Assembly: GCA_043228905.1 (NCBI GenBank)
Contig: JBHGNT010000007.1
Coordinates: 15,934,001 to 15,998,000, forward strand
DNA length: 64,000 nt
Reading direction: 5' to 3'
DNA from: Azolla caroliniana
Taxonomy: Eukaryota; Plantae; Polypodiophyta
Shown here: positions 36,612 through 48,700 of the stretch, piece by piece
Numbering within the stretch: position 1 is the stretch's first letter
Layout: the number at the start of each line of letters is the position of its first letter
The notes under the pieces: generated by a model
Database searches by the model: none
What the model was told of the DNA's origin: nothing
What the model saw: the letters and a program-made list of their open reading frames with translations, nothing else
Translations under genes and position numbers: made by a program

Positions 36612-37135
36612 AACACAAACACGAATGCTCATACGTCTTTATGAGGAGGAGAGGTGCATGGGCACGCCCGAACGCTCCCTCGTCACAAGACATCGAACGT
36701 ACGAGGAAGACACAAAACACACGCACAAATGCTCGTACGCCTTTATGAGGAGGAGAGGTGCATTGGCATGCCTGAAACGCTCCCTCGTCACAAGACGACC
36801 GAGCGTACAAGGAAGACACAAACACACACACAAAATGCTCGTACGCCTTTATGAGGAGGAGAAGTGCATGGGCAAGCCTGAACGCTCCCTCGTCACGAGA
36901 CGACCGAACGTACAAGGAAGACACAAACACACACACGAAATGCTCATACACCTTTATGAGGAGGAGAGGTGCATGGGCAAGCTCGAGACGGTCCCTCTTC
37001 ACAAGACGACCGAACGTACAAGGAAGACACAAACACACGCACAAAATGCTCGTACGCCTTTATAAGGAGGAGAGGTGCATGGGCAAGCCCGAAACGGTCC
37101 CTCATCACAAGACGGCCGAACGTACAAGGAAGACA
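36612..37135. repeat. Tandem array of about 105 bp, 5 units, inside the G1 LTR
   Basis: The anchor AT(G/A)AGGAGGAGA recurs at 36641, 36745, 36851, 36956 and 37062. The last unit is also seen at 1-70. Confidence 0.92.
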
Positions 37136-38018
37136 TGAACAAAGAAAGAAAGAAAGAAAGAAACACGAATGATATCGGCCAAAGAAATAAATACGTGTTT
37201 GATTCCAACGCAAGAGGACCCTTTATAAAATAGGGTTTGATTACAATGGCAACTTATAGTTAACCACAAGCTTAATCAAAACATAAATACTAAATGACCT
37301 TAGAGACAAGAGCAAATCCGAACACGGCGAAGATGAACACACGAGCACCACCAAAATACTAATCCCAACGAACCACAACCACCCGAACGGCGAGCACACG
37401 GGCTCGCAACGATGAACGGGGCGGAGCAACGTCGAACCAGCGAAGCTTGGGCTCACAAGCACTTCGAGTGCCGACGCGAAGAAGACGAGCACATGGCGGT
37501 GGGGGGATGAAGGGGTATGCGATAAAGAGAAGTGGTGAATAAGAAGATGAAGAGCTCCGAAGGAAAATTGGTGATAGTCTCCTCCTCCCAAAACGTCCTC
37601 CTCGAATGAGCCCCCCTCGACCTCCTTTTTTAGGAAAAAAGGAAGGGGAGGTCGCCAATTTTGTCTTTAATGCAAAAAAGGAATAAAATTCCTTAAATCA
37701 CACTACACTGTAAGATTAGATTAGAACCTTACACCTCTGGCTAGAAATCAATGTGACTATCCACTAGCTCATTAACTCTCTCTTATATAATGTGTGATTC
37801 TACCTCTATAAATTCATAGTATGTCTCCCCTCTACCTTTTATCTCTCCTCTCTCTTACTTTTTACACGAGCTTCTATACCTCCTTTCCACCCTTTCTTTT
37901 CCCTTTTATTTTGCATATGCACAATTAATCGCCTTTGTGTGCACACACATTGCACATACACATTTTGACCCCCCCTTTCGCCAGTTTTTCCCACTCTCAA
38001 GCACGCCACATCACGACA

Positions 38019-38300
38019 TCCACCCCCGCCAAACGGCACATCCTCTGGTATGTGCCAAGAATGGCGGGCTAAGGGTGGTCAATAGTTCATTTCCTCCTCC
38101 TCATTGACCCCGTGGCTTGTTGTTTGCTCGCCTTTATCTTCGTCAAGGTCATCGAGGGTTGGCTCCTTGTCGTGTCACTTTTTGAAGATTTTAACCCGCT
38201 TCTTGGCTATTGGTATAGCCAGCTTAGTCCCATCGAGTTCAGCGAGATGGTAGGTAGCATTATTGTTTGCACTCGTTACCAAGTACGGCCCGAACCATCG
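38019..38300 (-). mobile_element. Second copy of the G1 PPT and integrase 3' end, abutting the shared LTR
   Basis: Matches 956-1237 and stops abruptly at CGAACCATCG. Confidence 0.88.
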
Positions 38301-39004
38301 TACAGGGGTGCGGTAGTCGCTGCATGGCTCAAGCATATACTGAAGGATCTGGGCGTACTTATCAAAGATCTGATTCGCCTATACTGCGATAACATGAGCA
38401 ACATCTACTTAGCGCGGAACCCCCGTATTTCACGCGCATACTAAGCATATCGAAGTGCACTGCCACTTCATCCGCGAGCACGTACAAGCCGGAGAAATCA
38501 ATCTACAACATATCAGTATGCACCTCTAGGTTGGTGATAGTTTTACGAAGGCCTTAGGAGTCGATAAGCTTGGGCTATTCGCATCGGACCTTGGTCTCAC
38601 GACATCCACATTGTCAAGCTTGAGGGGGAGTACTACAGGCGACATGGACGTAACACAGAACGATACGTGAGTACGCAACACGTAGTTAATTGAATCGAGC
38701 ACAAACCCGAAAAGCCGGACAATCCAGTTCGAGGATTACGAATGCCAGAAGCCGGATTCCGAAGACCGAACCGAAACAACTTTTCGACAGATGGAAGTTG
38801 TGTTCGAAGGGACGTGTTGAGAGTCGAACTCAACTTCCCATAGTAATAGGTTTCACACTAGCTCATGGACATACTAGGCTAGTTTTGTAAATAGTAGAAA
38901 GGGCACTTACCCTAGTTTAGTTGGTATTTAAACCAACCCCTTGTAACTTAGTTACTGCTGGAAGTATTTTGATTAATGTAATATACAGTCTTTTATCTCT
39001 GTCT

Positions 39005-39045
<41 letters not shown>

Positions 39046-39128
39046 GCCTTACGTGCATACAGACACTCACTCACTCACTCCCTCAATTATCTTCCACTGC
39101 ATTACACCACCAGGTCCATTTATTTACA
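38301..39128 (+). mobile_element. Copia 3' remnant (RNase H end, 3' UTR, LTR 38815-39128)
   Basis: YRGAVVAA-WLKHILKDLG...YCDNMS...TKHIEVHCHF is homologous to 28188-28500. The LTR runs TGTTGAGAG...TTTACA and contains a (CT)n tract. Confidence 0.82.
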
Positions 39129-39393
39129 TATATTAATAAGCATCAAGTTACAAAAATACTCATGATGAGGTATATATAGATCTCATGTGCAAGGGTGCAC
39201 ATGTGTGAGGAGAATATAGGTACAAGGATGTAAGTCCTATATTAAATGAACTTGGTAGTGGAGGATCTAGGATGTATCCCCACTTACGTACAAGTACAAG
39301 ATCCTCAACACACTAACTAGATTATATCTAGGTAATTACTAAGTTACACGGTTAACTAAAGGACTAAACATAGTTGAGCTTGATATCTCGACA
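39129..39393 (-). mobile_element. Partial Copia-type LTR
   Basis: Minus strand begins TGTCGAGATATCAAGCTCAACTATGTTTAG, similar to the Copia LTR start TGTTAAGAATCAAGCTCAACTTGGTCTAG. Confidence 0.5.
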
Positions 39394-40392
39394 AATGTAT
39401 TAACAAAAAGAATAAGGTTACAATAATATGTTGAAGACTTGCAATGAACTCGAATGGTTCATTAACATTCAACAGCATGTATATAGTATGGTTTGGACAC
39501 ATGCATGCTATCTACCTTGCATGCATGCAAAAATGCCACTTGGGATGTTAGAAGCATGAGTTTTGGAATTGTGCATAGTGATATTTCAATTATATTATAA
39601 TTTACCTTAATGGTTAAGGTTACATGTATGTTTTGAGGTTATGGGTTCAAATTTTGCCATGTTTTTAGACTTGTGGTACATGTTCATAACATTATTCCTT
39701 ACAAGATACACAAGTCACAATGCATGAACATGACTCAGCTTATTCGGGGATATTGATGATGAAATTCATCGACAAGTTATGTGCCATTAGTGAGATTCTT
39801 AGGAGACTCTCTTGTTCAATCAGCAAGTGTATAACCTAACCAACCAACAGAAGAATATAATTCGCTGCCCACAATTTTTTAGTTCAAAATGGTTTCCACC
39901 TCATATTATGGACCTTCATCAAGCTCAATAGGAGGTGAAGGAGGAGCAACATGAGGTTCCATAAGTATTGACAAATACAATTAATATGGAGTGACCTTAG
40001 ATAACCAAGATCTAGAATAAGAGGGGGGTTAGGGTTTAAAGGCTTTACAGAATACATTTGGAAATAGCCTTTCAAAATCAGAAGATTCCCCCCTCTCAAG
40101 TCAATGTTAAGGTTCAAGAAAGCCTTCTAGTTTTGTCAAATGAATGTCTCGGCTACTTTTAGTTGCATTCAAATAACAATCCAAGGTAAGCAATCACACT
40201 TCAATCTTGGTTCATTTCTATGGATCATCTCACAGCAATGATCTTCCCATTCTTGAGGAACAAATCTTCATCTCTGATGATGACCCAGTGGTGGTATGGG
40301 TACCTTGGAAGTTGCAGATGAGCTCCTCTTTTGTTTGGAGCTTCCATGGACATTGAAGATGATGCTTACAAGGCCTTTCACCCTCTGCCAAC

Positions 40393-43038
40393 ATGCGAAG
40401 AACTCAGGGAGAAACGAAGAAACGCCTCCATGTTTTTGAACAGACAATGCAAGAAGGGATTCTTCCAGAGAAGCTTGCTTTTCTTGATGTCGTCTCTGCG
40501 TGCGCAATCCATGGAGACATTAGAAGTGGTAAACAGAAGCGTGGACATGATGTTCTTGGAAAATACCCGACGGACCATAGGGTCTTTACTCGCATTGCGA
40601 AACAGGTACACACACAAATTCTTGCCACCAAGTATGCTTTTGATGATGTGGTGAATACAGCCCTTCTAAATATGAATGGAAAGCTTAACATGTTGGATAG
40701 TGCCTCGGTAACCTTCGATATGATGTCCATCCGGGATGTCGTGGCTTGGACAGCCATTATCTCAGTCTATGCTCAACAAGGGAAGTGTATGAAGGCCCTT
40801 CAGCTTCATTTCCAAATGATGGAGGAGTGTGTGTTTGCAGATGAAATTTCCTTTGTTGGCATTCTTGTTGCATGTGCTTCTGCAGCTTCTGAGAGAGAAT
40901 GCCGAAGGATCCATGTCGGTGTTCTGACTGTTAATCATGAAAAGAATGTCACAATTGGAACTGCTCTAGTTAACATGTATGGTAAATTGGGCCTCCTAGA
41001 CATGGCTTTAGAGGTATTTGATACAATACTTGCACGGAATGTTTTAACTTGGAGTGCTTTGATCGGCATTCATGTTCAGCATGACCAAAGGAAGAAAGCT
41101 CTTCAGACCTTCAATAATATGAGAGAGCAAGGAGTTTTGCCAAATGGTATTAGCTTTATCAATGTCGTGGGTGCATGTATCGATGAAGAAGATATATGCA
41201 GGGGAAAGCAGATTCATGTCCACACACTGTCCAGTGGATACGAGATGAACATTTCCCTTGGCAATAGTCTTGTCAATATGTATAGTAAATGTGGCTCATT
41301 CAAGGATGCGTGTAGTTTATTCGAGGAACTCTCTGACAAGGATATTGTATCATTTACCACAATGATTGCAGCATCTGTGTCCCATAAGAAGGTTGAAAAA
41401 GCCTTTGAGATTATTACTCAAATACTAATGAGTGGAAATACACCTGATCCCATTGCGTTTGCCTCCATTCTTGAAACTTGCACTAATCTTTCTACGTGTT
41501 CTGAGGGTAGAGTTACTCATGCATTTGTTATTGAATGTGGATATGATTTAGGCGTGGTATTATCAAATATTCTGGTCAATCTATATGGAAAATATCAGAA
41601 ATTTGAAGAAGCACAAAACTTGTTTGAAAGAATGCCACTGCGAGATAGAATTTCATGGAACTGCATCATCGGCATGTATGCCCAACAAGGGTGGGTTTGG
41701 GAAGTTCTTCAGGTGTTCCGAAGGATGCACCAGGAAGAAATCCCTGACAAAATCACGTACATTAGCATTATGAGTGCTTTCACAGGCGATATAGCCCTGG
41801 CTTACGGTAAACAGATTCATGTACAGATTTTATGTGCCCAATCTGAGATAATTGATGCAAGCGTCGAAACAGCTCTTATCAGTATGTATGGAAGATGTGG
41901 TAACATCGAGTATGCTGAGAGGGTGTTTAGTGAGGTTCAAGCTCGAGATTTAGTGGTATGGACTGCTTTTTCTGCGATATATGCCCATTACAAGATGGGT
42001 CACGTGGCCCTACAACTGTTTAATAGGATGCTTCTGGAATGCTTTATTCCAGATCAGGGTTGTTGTGTAAGCTTCCTGTCGGCATTTTCTATTTCCAAAG
42101 GTAAGCAGATGCATGCTTGTCTTTTGTATACCGCACTTGCGGCAGACATTACTGTTAACAATGCTCTCTTGAACATGTATGGTAAGTGTGGTGGTGTTGA
42201 AGATGCTGAAAGAATGTTCGACAACATGAGCGAGTGTGACTCGGTTTCATGGAATGTGTTACTTTCAGTTTACAATCTTCATGGTCGAACCACTCAGTTA
42301 GTGAATAAAATGCTAAGCAGAGGTTGCATGCCTGATATCATCACTTGGACAAGTTGGCTTACATCATGTGCGGAGGAATCAGACCTCATTGAAGGAAAGA
42401 AGGTGCATACCAGTGTTATTAACAGTGGACACACAATAGACACTGTTGTAACAATAGCTCTTATTTCCTTATACGGAAGATGTGGTGATTTAGAAACTGC
42501 GAGAAAGATGTTTCATAGTCTCGAAACTCGGACTCCAGTTTCATGGAATGCCATGATTGCAGTGTATGCACAGCACGGGCTAGGGCAAGAGGCATTAAAC
42601 GCTTTCAAACAAATGCTAATTGAAAATGTAAAGCCAGATGAAATCACATTCACTAGTGTCCTAGCTGCATGTAGTCACGATGGACTCCTTCTTGAGGGTT
42701 GTCTCATTTTTTCATTGATCATTGGTAATAATGCTACATCACCATCTGCCGATCATTTCTCATGCATAATCGATCTTCTTGGTAGAATAGGAAGATTGGA
42801 TGAAGCAGAGAATCTAATCAATGCTTTACCAATAGAGGATGTCACACCCTTATATTTCCTTGCATTACTTGGCTCATGTAGGTACCAAAGTGACGTGGAG
42901 CGAGGAGAGCGTGCTGCACAACAAGCCTTTGAATTGGATTCAGAAATTCCTGCCTCATATGTTCTTTTATCAAACCTATATGTTCATGCCAACTATGATA
43001 CCACCATACCAAATATCGGTATTGAATGTACACATTAA
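40393..43038 (+). CDS. PLS-class pentatricopeptide repeat protein with E domain and no DYW (organellar RNA-editing-factor type); start codon uncertain
   Basis: 881-aa intronless ORF with repeated P-L-S triplets (ALVNMYGK/KCG...A..VF, D.VSWNA.I..Y, PD.ITF..VL.AC). Ends in E motifs DHFSCIIDLLGRIGRLDEA...LLGSC...YVLLSNLY. Confidence 0.93.
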   Translation: MRRTQGETKKRLHVFEQTMQEGILPEKLAFLDVVSACAIHGDIRSGKQKRGHDVLGKYPTDHRVFTRIAKQVHTQILATKYAFDDVVNTALLNMNGKLNMLDSASVTFDMMSIRDVVAWTAIISVYAQQGKCMKALQLHFQMMEECVFADEISFVGILVACASAASERECRRIHVGVLTVNHEKNVTIGTALVNMYGKLGLLDMALEVFDTILARNVLTWSALIGIHVQHDQRKKALQTFNNMREQGVLPNGISFINVVGACIDEEDICRGKQIHVHTLSSGYEMNISLGNSLVNMYSKCGSFKDACSLFEELSDKDIVSFTTMIAASVSHKKVEKAFEIITQILMSGNTPDPIAFASILETCTNLSTCSEGRVTHAFVIECGYDLGVVLSNILVNLYGKYQKFEEAQNLFERMPLRDRISWNCIIGMYAQQGWVWEVLQVFRRMHQEEIPDKITYISIMSAFTGDIALAYGKQIHVQILCAQSEIIDASVETALISMYGRCGNIEYAERVFSEVQARDLVVWTAFSAIYAHYKMGHVALQLFNRMLLECFIPDQGCCVSFLSAFSISKGKQMHACLLYTALAADITVNNALLNMYGKCGGVEDAERMFDNMSECDSVSWNVLLSVYNLHGRTTQLVNKMLSRGCMPDIITWTSWLTSCAEESDLIEGKKVHTSVINSGHTIDTVVTIALISLYGRCGDLETARKMFHSLETRTPVSWNAMIAVYAQHGLGQEALNAFKQMLIENVKPDEITFTSVLAACSHDGLLLEGCLIFSLIIGNNATSPSADHFSCIIDLLGRIGRLDEAENLINALPIEDVTPLYFLALLGSCRYQSDVERGERAAQQAFELDSEIPASYVLLSNLYVHANYDTTIPNIGIECTH

Positions 43039-45366
43039 CTTTCACCAATCAAAGATGAGTCATCTAGTGATACATATTATTATCCTTCAACTCAAGGTAG
43101 ATCCAGAACAATGCAACCAACCTTTTATCTCTAATTCTCTAACTGTAAGATACACTTCTGAAAGTGGTGTATGTTTTAACTTACGAGTAATTAGGAGTTA
43201 ATGAAGGATAGTGTAGGTCTACTAGATATTGGACAATTGTAGTTTGAACATAGACATTAGCATTCACATGTATATATACTATAAAGAGGTGGCTACCTTT
43301 TTGAATGGTACCCTCGGGCATTATTCTTTATTATCTAATCATGTCCTCCGTATTGTATGTCATTACATGCCCTTGTGTGTGATATGAGATGTCTTTGCAC
43401 CTCTAGCATGGCTTGTATATAATGAAATCAAGGCCTTTTCAAGCTTATACATTGACTGTGTGTAAAACTCAAATGTCGTTAACATAATTGTGTTGTAAAA
43501 CTTGTGTATGTGAAATAAAACTTGTGGGTTAAATCTCAACAATAGGTTTGATATTGTGCTCACATCCTAAAACCTCTATAGTTGAGATCATGCACACACT
43601 TTTTGCTAATAATACATTCAAGTTCACATCCATTCAAATTAAACACATGTTTCACAACAAAATAGTTGACAGAAACAATAAAAGTGACATAAAATAAGGT
43701 ATGTGGAGATTTGTTTTGTAGGAGAGAGAGAGTGCGTGTGTGCTCTATGTAAATCAGATAGTATAGAGTAATTTAGTTTTAAGAGTTAATGTCCAGCATA
43801 TTGACCATCATAGTTAAGACTTGGAACAATCTTGAAACAATCTTGAAAAGAAAAAGGTGTTGGACATGCACATGTTTTGCAAAGCAGCTATGGCCTAGGA
43901 AAAACAAGGTCAACTATTGGTTCCACCATCACTAAATTTTATTATTTTGGGAGCTATGAAACATAGTTCCAATTTTGTAATGTACATACAATAGAAGTAT
44001 TTGTGTTATAGGAGAGAAAGTGGTCTCGTGATTGTGAAGACATGGATGATCTTACCTTGAAATTGTGTATGCTCTAATTGCGGCATTTATGTTTGCATTT
44101 CAAAGGTTCATTTGGTCAAGATTGTGCTTGTATATCTGCTCTAGAAGTAAGATTAGGGTGAAGCTTGCATCATGCATGGACACAATTGTGGTATCATATA
44201 TATTAACATGTACACCCCCTTGTACATGCATTCAAGTGCTAACCTAGGCCCACAATGTGCATGATCATGCCATGTCCATATATTTGACTATTAATGTCCT
44301 CACAATGCCTTTCATGGTACCTAACATTTCACACTAGTTTTAGTTCTAAGATGGTAATGCGCTTTCGTGTTTTGTATGTTTCACATCCTTCACTAAAACG
44401 GATAAATCCGTGTTTTTGTGAATCTTGGAAAGTGTAAATGGCAATGTGTCAATATAAAACTCTTCCAAAGTTCTCAACACATGGACCTAAAACACCAAAC
44501 TCGTTGCAGAGTGATGCTTTTGGCTTTCTTCATTGTGAAATGATTATGTAGGACATGGGCCTAGAAGATAGAATTAACTTCATAAACATTTCTTCTTTAT
44601 TTTAGTTACATTATTGCCTTGATTTTGTGTTGAGAAAACAAACCTTAATTGTATTATTTTGTATGTTGATATTGTGGAAATGATAGTATTGTCATTTTCA
44701 AAATTGTCGATCGCGTGGCAATAAATAATATAACCAATTGTATATTATATCTCAAAAAGGAAGTGATGATGTCACACTTAATAAGGTAAACTAAGAGTGA
44801 AACTGTCAATTCTAATTTTTTTTACCCAAAACACAAACACCTATTAATTCACCATCATGCAAGAATTTGATTTACGTCACTTGAATAATATCCCAACTTT
44901 GTATTTGGATTGGTTTTTGCACGTAATAGATTAGGGTGTTGCATGTATTCCATGGCATCAAATATTACTTTTCTATTCCAAATGGAGATTTCAATAAGAT
45001 GGCAAGTTTTTTTGGAAAAAAAAAAAGAAAAAGAAAAAAAGAAAGATGGCAAGTTGACATTCGGTTTACTAAAATATGGCATTACACGCAAAGCACAATT
45101 TCATGCATTTCCCTAATACTTGACCTTATAATAATGACTTTGGGTAGAGGTAAGATTTACTATTGAGATAGAAAGTAGGGTACCCTTTAGATATTGGAAA
45201 TACTATAAAAATGGTGGACCTTGATAACCTTAATAATCTTTAGCTTAGATTTATGTCGTAATCTTTTCTTTTTTCTTTTCTTTTGGGGGGCCGGGGGTGG
45301 GTGGGGTAGGGGGAGACAAGAAACAAGTGGTCTAACCAAGGCTATTAAATGCAAAATTTAATAGCC

Positions 45367-45534
45367 TGTTTTGTTCGTATCAAGATGCCTAGAGTCATAA
45401 TGGGTAAATAATTCGAGAACGTCTGAGTTCAACGTTCCAATGCTCGATGCTTGTTTTGTTCGTATCAAGATGCCTAGAGTCATAATGGGTAAATAATTCG
45501 AGAACGTCTGAGTTCAACGTTCCAATGCTCGATG
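45367..45534. repeat. Tandem duplication, 83 bp x2 (period 85)
   Basis: 45367-45449 appears identical to 45452-45534. Confidence 0.92.
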
Positions 45535-46227
45535 AGACATGGCTCATATTGTTAGCAATTCTTGGTTCTAGTCATGAATAGATTGATGTAAAGGTTTTGC
45601 ATAATCTTGACTAGGCAATTCATTTTCTTAAAGACTAAAAGAAATTGCACTCAAAGAAACCCAAGCAACCACATGTCACATAGAACTTGTCAAAAATATC
45701 ACGAAATTGTGTACATATGAAAAAAAGTGATTGATTTTTTTGAGGCTTGCTTCTTTGAAATCAAGGTTCTAGATGTCATACAATGTTGTTGGTCTTGTGG
45801 TTGAATAGTGATCTAATAGATATTTAATATATCTTATATTTTGTTGGAATAGTAGGCTCTTTTAGGAACATATTTAAGGCTTCCCTTGTCTTTGTGTGTG
45901 ACTAGAGTTCGTAGGTGGGTTGGGTGTGTGTTTGTGTTGTAAGTCTCCATAAATGTGGAACTAAGGGTGAAAGGTAATAGTAGGTGTGAAGTCTAGAATC
46001 ATGATCGAACCTAGGCTTGGATAGTTAATGCCAAATAGCTATGGTTGTCACTATTGCTACATAGGCACAACAACCCCAAGGGTTTTGCAAGTTCAATGCC
46101 CACTTCCACGGAACACCACTACGCCTTTGCTTGGTGACCCCCCTTTCAACTTCCGATCATGAGTATGAGGTTGCAGCAAGTTTGGACTCCAATTTCAAGC
46201 ATAACAAACTAGATGATGTGATAGAAT

Positions 46228-46752
46228 GGTTAGTACGCGAGAGAGCCCACCAAGAATGTGCGGAATAGTGCTCGGCCACAACCGAGTCTTACTCACTCAA
46301 TGAAGAAAATAGAAAATAGAAATGAGACAACACAGGATGTTAACGTGGAAAACCCTAAAGGGGAAAACCACGGGAGCCCACAGTTCCTACTATCACTATA
46401 AGAGGAATGACACAATGGGAGACTCGAAGGCAATGACCCCGAGCTCTGTCTTCACCAACTGGCGGTTACAACAAAAAAAACTTTCTGTATCTCTCTCTCT
46501 CCTCTCTGTGTCTATATAACAATATCTCTACATGCATCATCATAGATGTGATTGCCCTAAGTCATATTTATACTTATATGATTTTAGGACTATTTACAAA
46601 TATGGCCATGATAGGCACACTAGGAACATATTTACAGATATGTTCCTGGATCTAGTTCACACTAGATCCATTTGGATACCTTCCGGTTCCTTCCTTCGGC
46701 TCGCTCGATCCGGCTCCTCCGGATCCCATTAGGAGGGACCGAATTCCCAACA
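46228..46752 (-). mobile_element. Solo LTR, Copia-like
   Basis: 5-bp TSD AGAAT at 46223-46227 and 46753-46757. Ends (G)GTT...AACA. Contains AACGTGGAAAACCC...GGGAAAACCACGG, a motif common in plant Copia LTRs. Confidence 0.7.
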
Positions 46753-48350
46753 AGAATCTTGCTAATGCCACAACTATTTATGAAAATTTTCATTATGGAT
46801 GGCATTCCAATAAGTTTTCTTGGGGCTTGTGGAACTATACCTAATTGTTGCCATTGTATCATGTCACACAATAAACATGCATGATTGCCAAGTGCCACAC
46901 GCTAACACATTGTAGGCAATTGGCAATCACATGTGCAAGCTAGGTGACGAGCATGCATGAGTTCAACATTATTATACACAAATTTTATTTTTGGGGTTTG
47001 ATCATTGCAGTTCAATGTCGATCTCTGGCACATTCTTGTAAATCTTGTCCCTTTGCACATTATCCAAATTCCATATTTAGCTTTGTACTCACTTTCTTTT
47101 TCTTCTTAGTTTCAACCTTGTCAAATTGCATATCGTGTTTACAATTCAATAATTGGGTCTCAATCGAATTTTCACCATGACATATGTCAAATCTATTCAC
47201 GTCAACATAATTTTAACAATATTCTTCTTAGGAACGTATTAATACTTCAAAGGAAATGCTAGAAACCTAGAGCAAACGACAAAGACAATATAAGAAGAAC
47301 GAAAAAGTCTAAATGCAAATCATGTTGAATAAATATTAAGGACAAATATAAATGGTTTTCTTCGATGCGAGTCATGCACACAATACAAAAAAGATCAACA
47401 ATTAGAAGTTGACGATGTTACAAGGAAACATTTATGTATCAATCAATGGTTGAGAAATAGATTGCTCCACACTTTGAATTGAGCAAGTGCCCAATATATA
47501 GTATATTAAAAGAAAGTCAATAGATCATTTATTGATAGATGGCCATGGACATGTACCTAAATGTAGTCCACTCCGTCCAACCTTTAAATGCATATGTGTA
47601 TTGCCAAAGCACCAAACATTACACATCCAAGTGGGGTACTTCCTATCTTAGAAATGTCAAATCAAATTTTTATAATCTTTGTAGTAACATCAAAGGGTAT
47701 CAAGTGTGTCATAATATATGCCAGCAACGACTTGCTCTTTCATAGTTCATTATAGGGATTATTCCATAACAATCGCCCAATAAATCATCAAGACTTGCTT
47801 ACCCCTCGCTTGCGGGCGATATACGGGGGACACAACATTTTTGAAGCACAAGTCAACAACGGGTAGCCACTGGCACAAAAAGGTTGCGAGTCATGGAGTG
47901 GGTCAAATTGGGTGTGCATCATGTTGTGCATCGACGAATTGACGACTATTATTCAGGTTCGGGTGAAGAATGGTCAAGTTTTTGGTGAAAGTTCCAACTT
48001 TGCCGCATCACCAAGGCATCGCCTACGATAAAAGACAACATCGTGTTCTCGTGTTGATGCGAGTTGCTTTGAGGTTCTTTCATATGTTGGTAGCCGAACT
48101 TCGTTACTCCCTCGAACAGTCCCAACACACTATGGGCTCGATGATGGTGACGGCGAACCTCCAAAGAACAAGAGAAGAGGTCAAAGGAGAGGTATTTTGT
48201 ATGATATACATATAATATGGTTGCTCCATCCCCCATCTCTTTTATCTATGTTCTGGCTTGCCACATCACGACTGTTAGTTCTATTATTATTTCTCCCTCG
48301 GCTGCTATTTGATGAGGCTAGTTGTATTTCCCCTAGAGTATAGTCTCCCA

Positions 48351-48510
48351 TCTATATACACTCGATGAGACCATATTGGCGTTCCATTCCATTTTCTACA
48401 CTCTCACATCTATATGTACACTCGGGAGACCAATATCGGCGTTCCATTCCATTTTCTTTACTCTCACATCTATATACACTCGGGAAGACCATATCGGCGT
48501 TCCATTCCAT
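48351..48510. repeat. Tandem repeat of about 58 bp, about 3 copies
   Basis: Unit TCTATATACACTCG...GACCATAT(C/T)GGCGTTCCATTCCAT. Confidence 0.85.
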
Positions 48511-48621
48511 GTTCTTGCTTGAAGTGAATCGGACGAATAGATGATGCCATGTAGTTAGTTGACACATATAGAGGACCACAAAGAGGGACATTATGTAGTG
48601 TGACTTCTGAATGGGGAGGGA

Positions 48622-48700
48622 AGGTCCGGGTCTGGGTCCGGGTCCTGGTCCGGGTTCGGGTTCGGGTTCGGGGTCGGGTTCGGGTTCGGGTTCGGGTCCG
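48622..48700 (+). repeat. (GGGTYC)n hexamer array
   Basis: About 13 units of GGGTTC/GGGTCC just upstream of the pyrimidine-rich LPP leader. Confidence 0.9.

Larger units (their letters stand above)
1..38018 (-). mobile_element. Ty3/Gypsy LTR retrotransposon G1 (non-chromovirus, tRNA-Trp primed); its 5' LTR is split by G2
   Basis: LTR <1-955, PPT 956-967, degenerate gag-pol about 1112-6651, PBS 6648-6664, and 5' LTR in two parts (6670-6889 and 36545-38018). Confidence 0.85.

Noticed and set aside
36612-37135. CRISPR-like array
   Set aside because: Whole units repeat with no unique spacers, the context is eukaryotic, and no cas genes are present.
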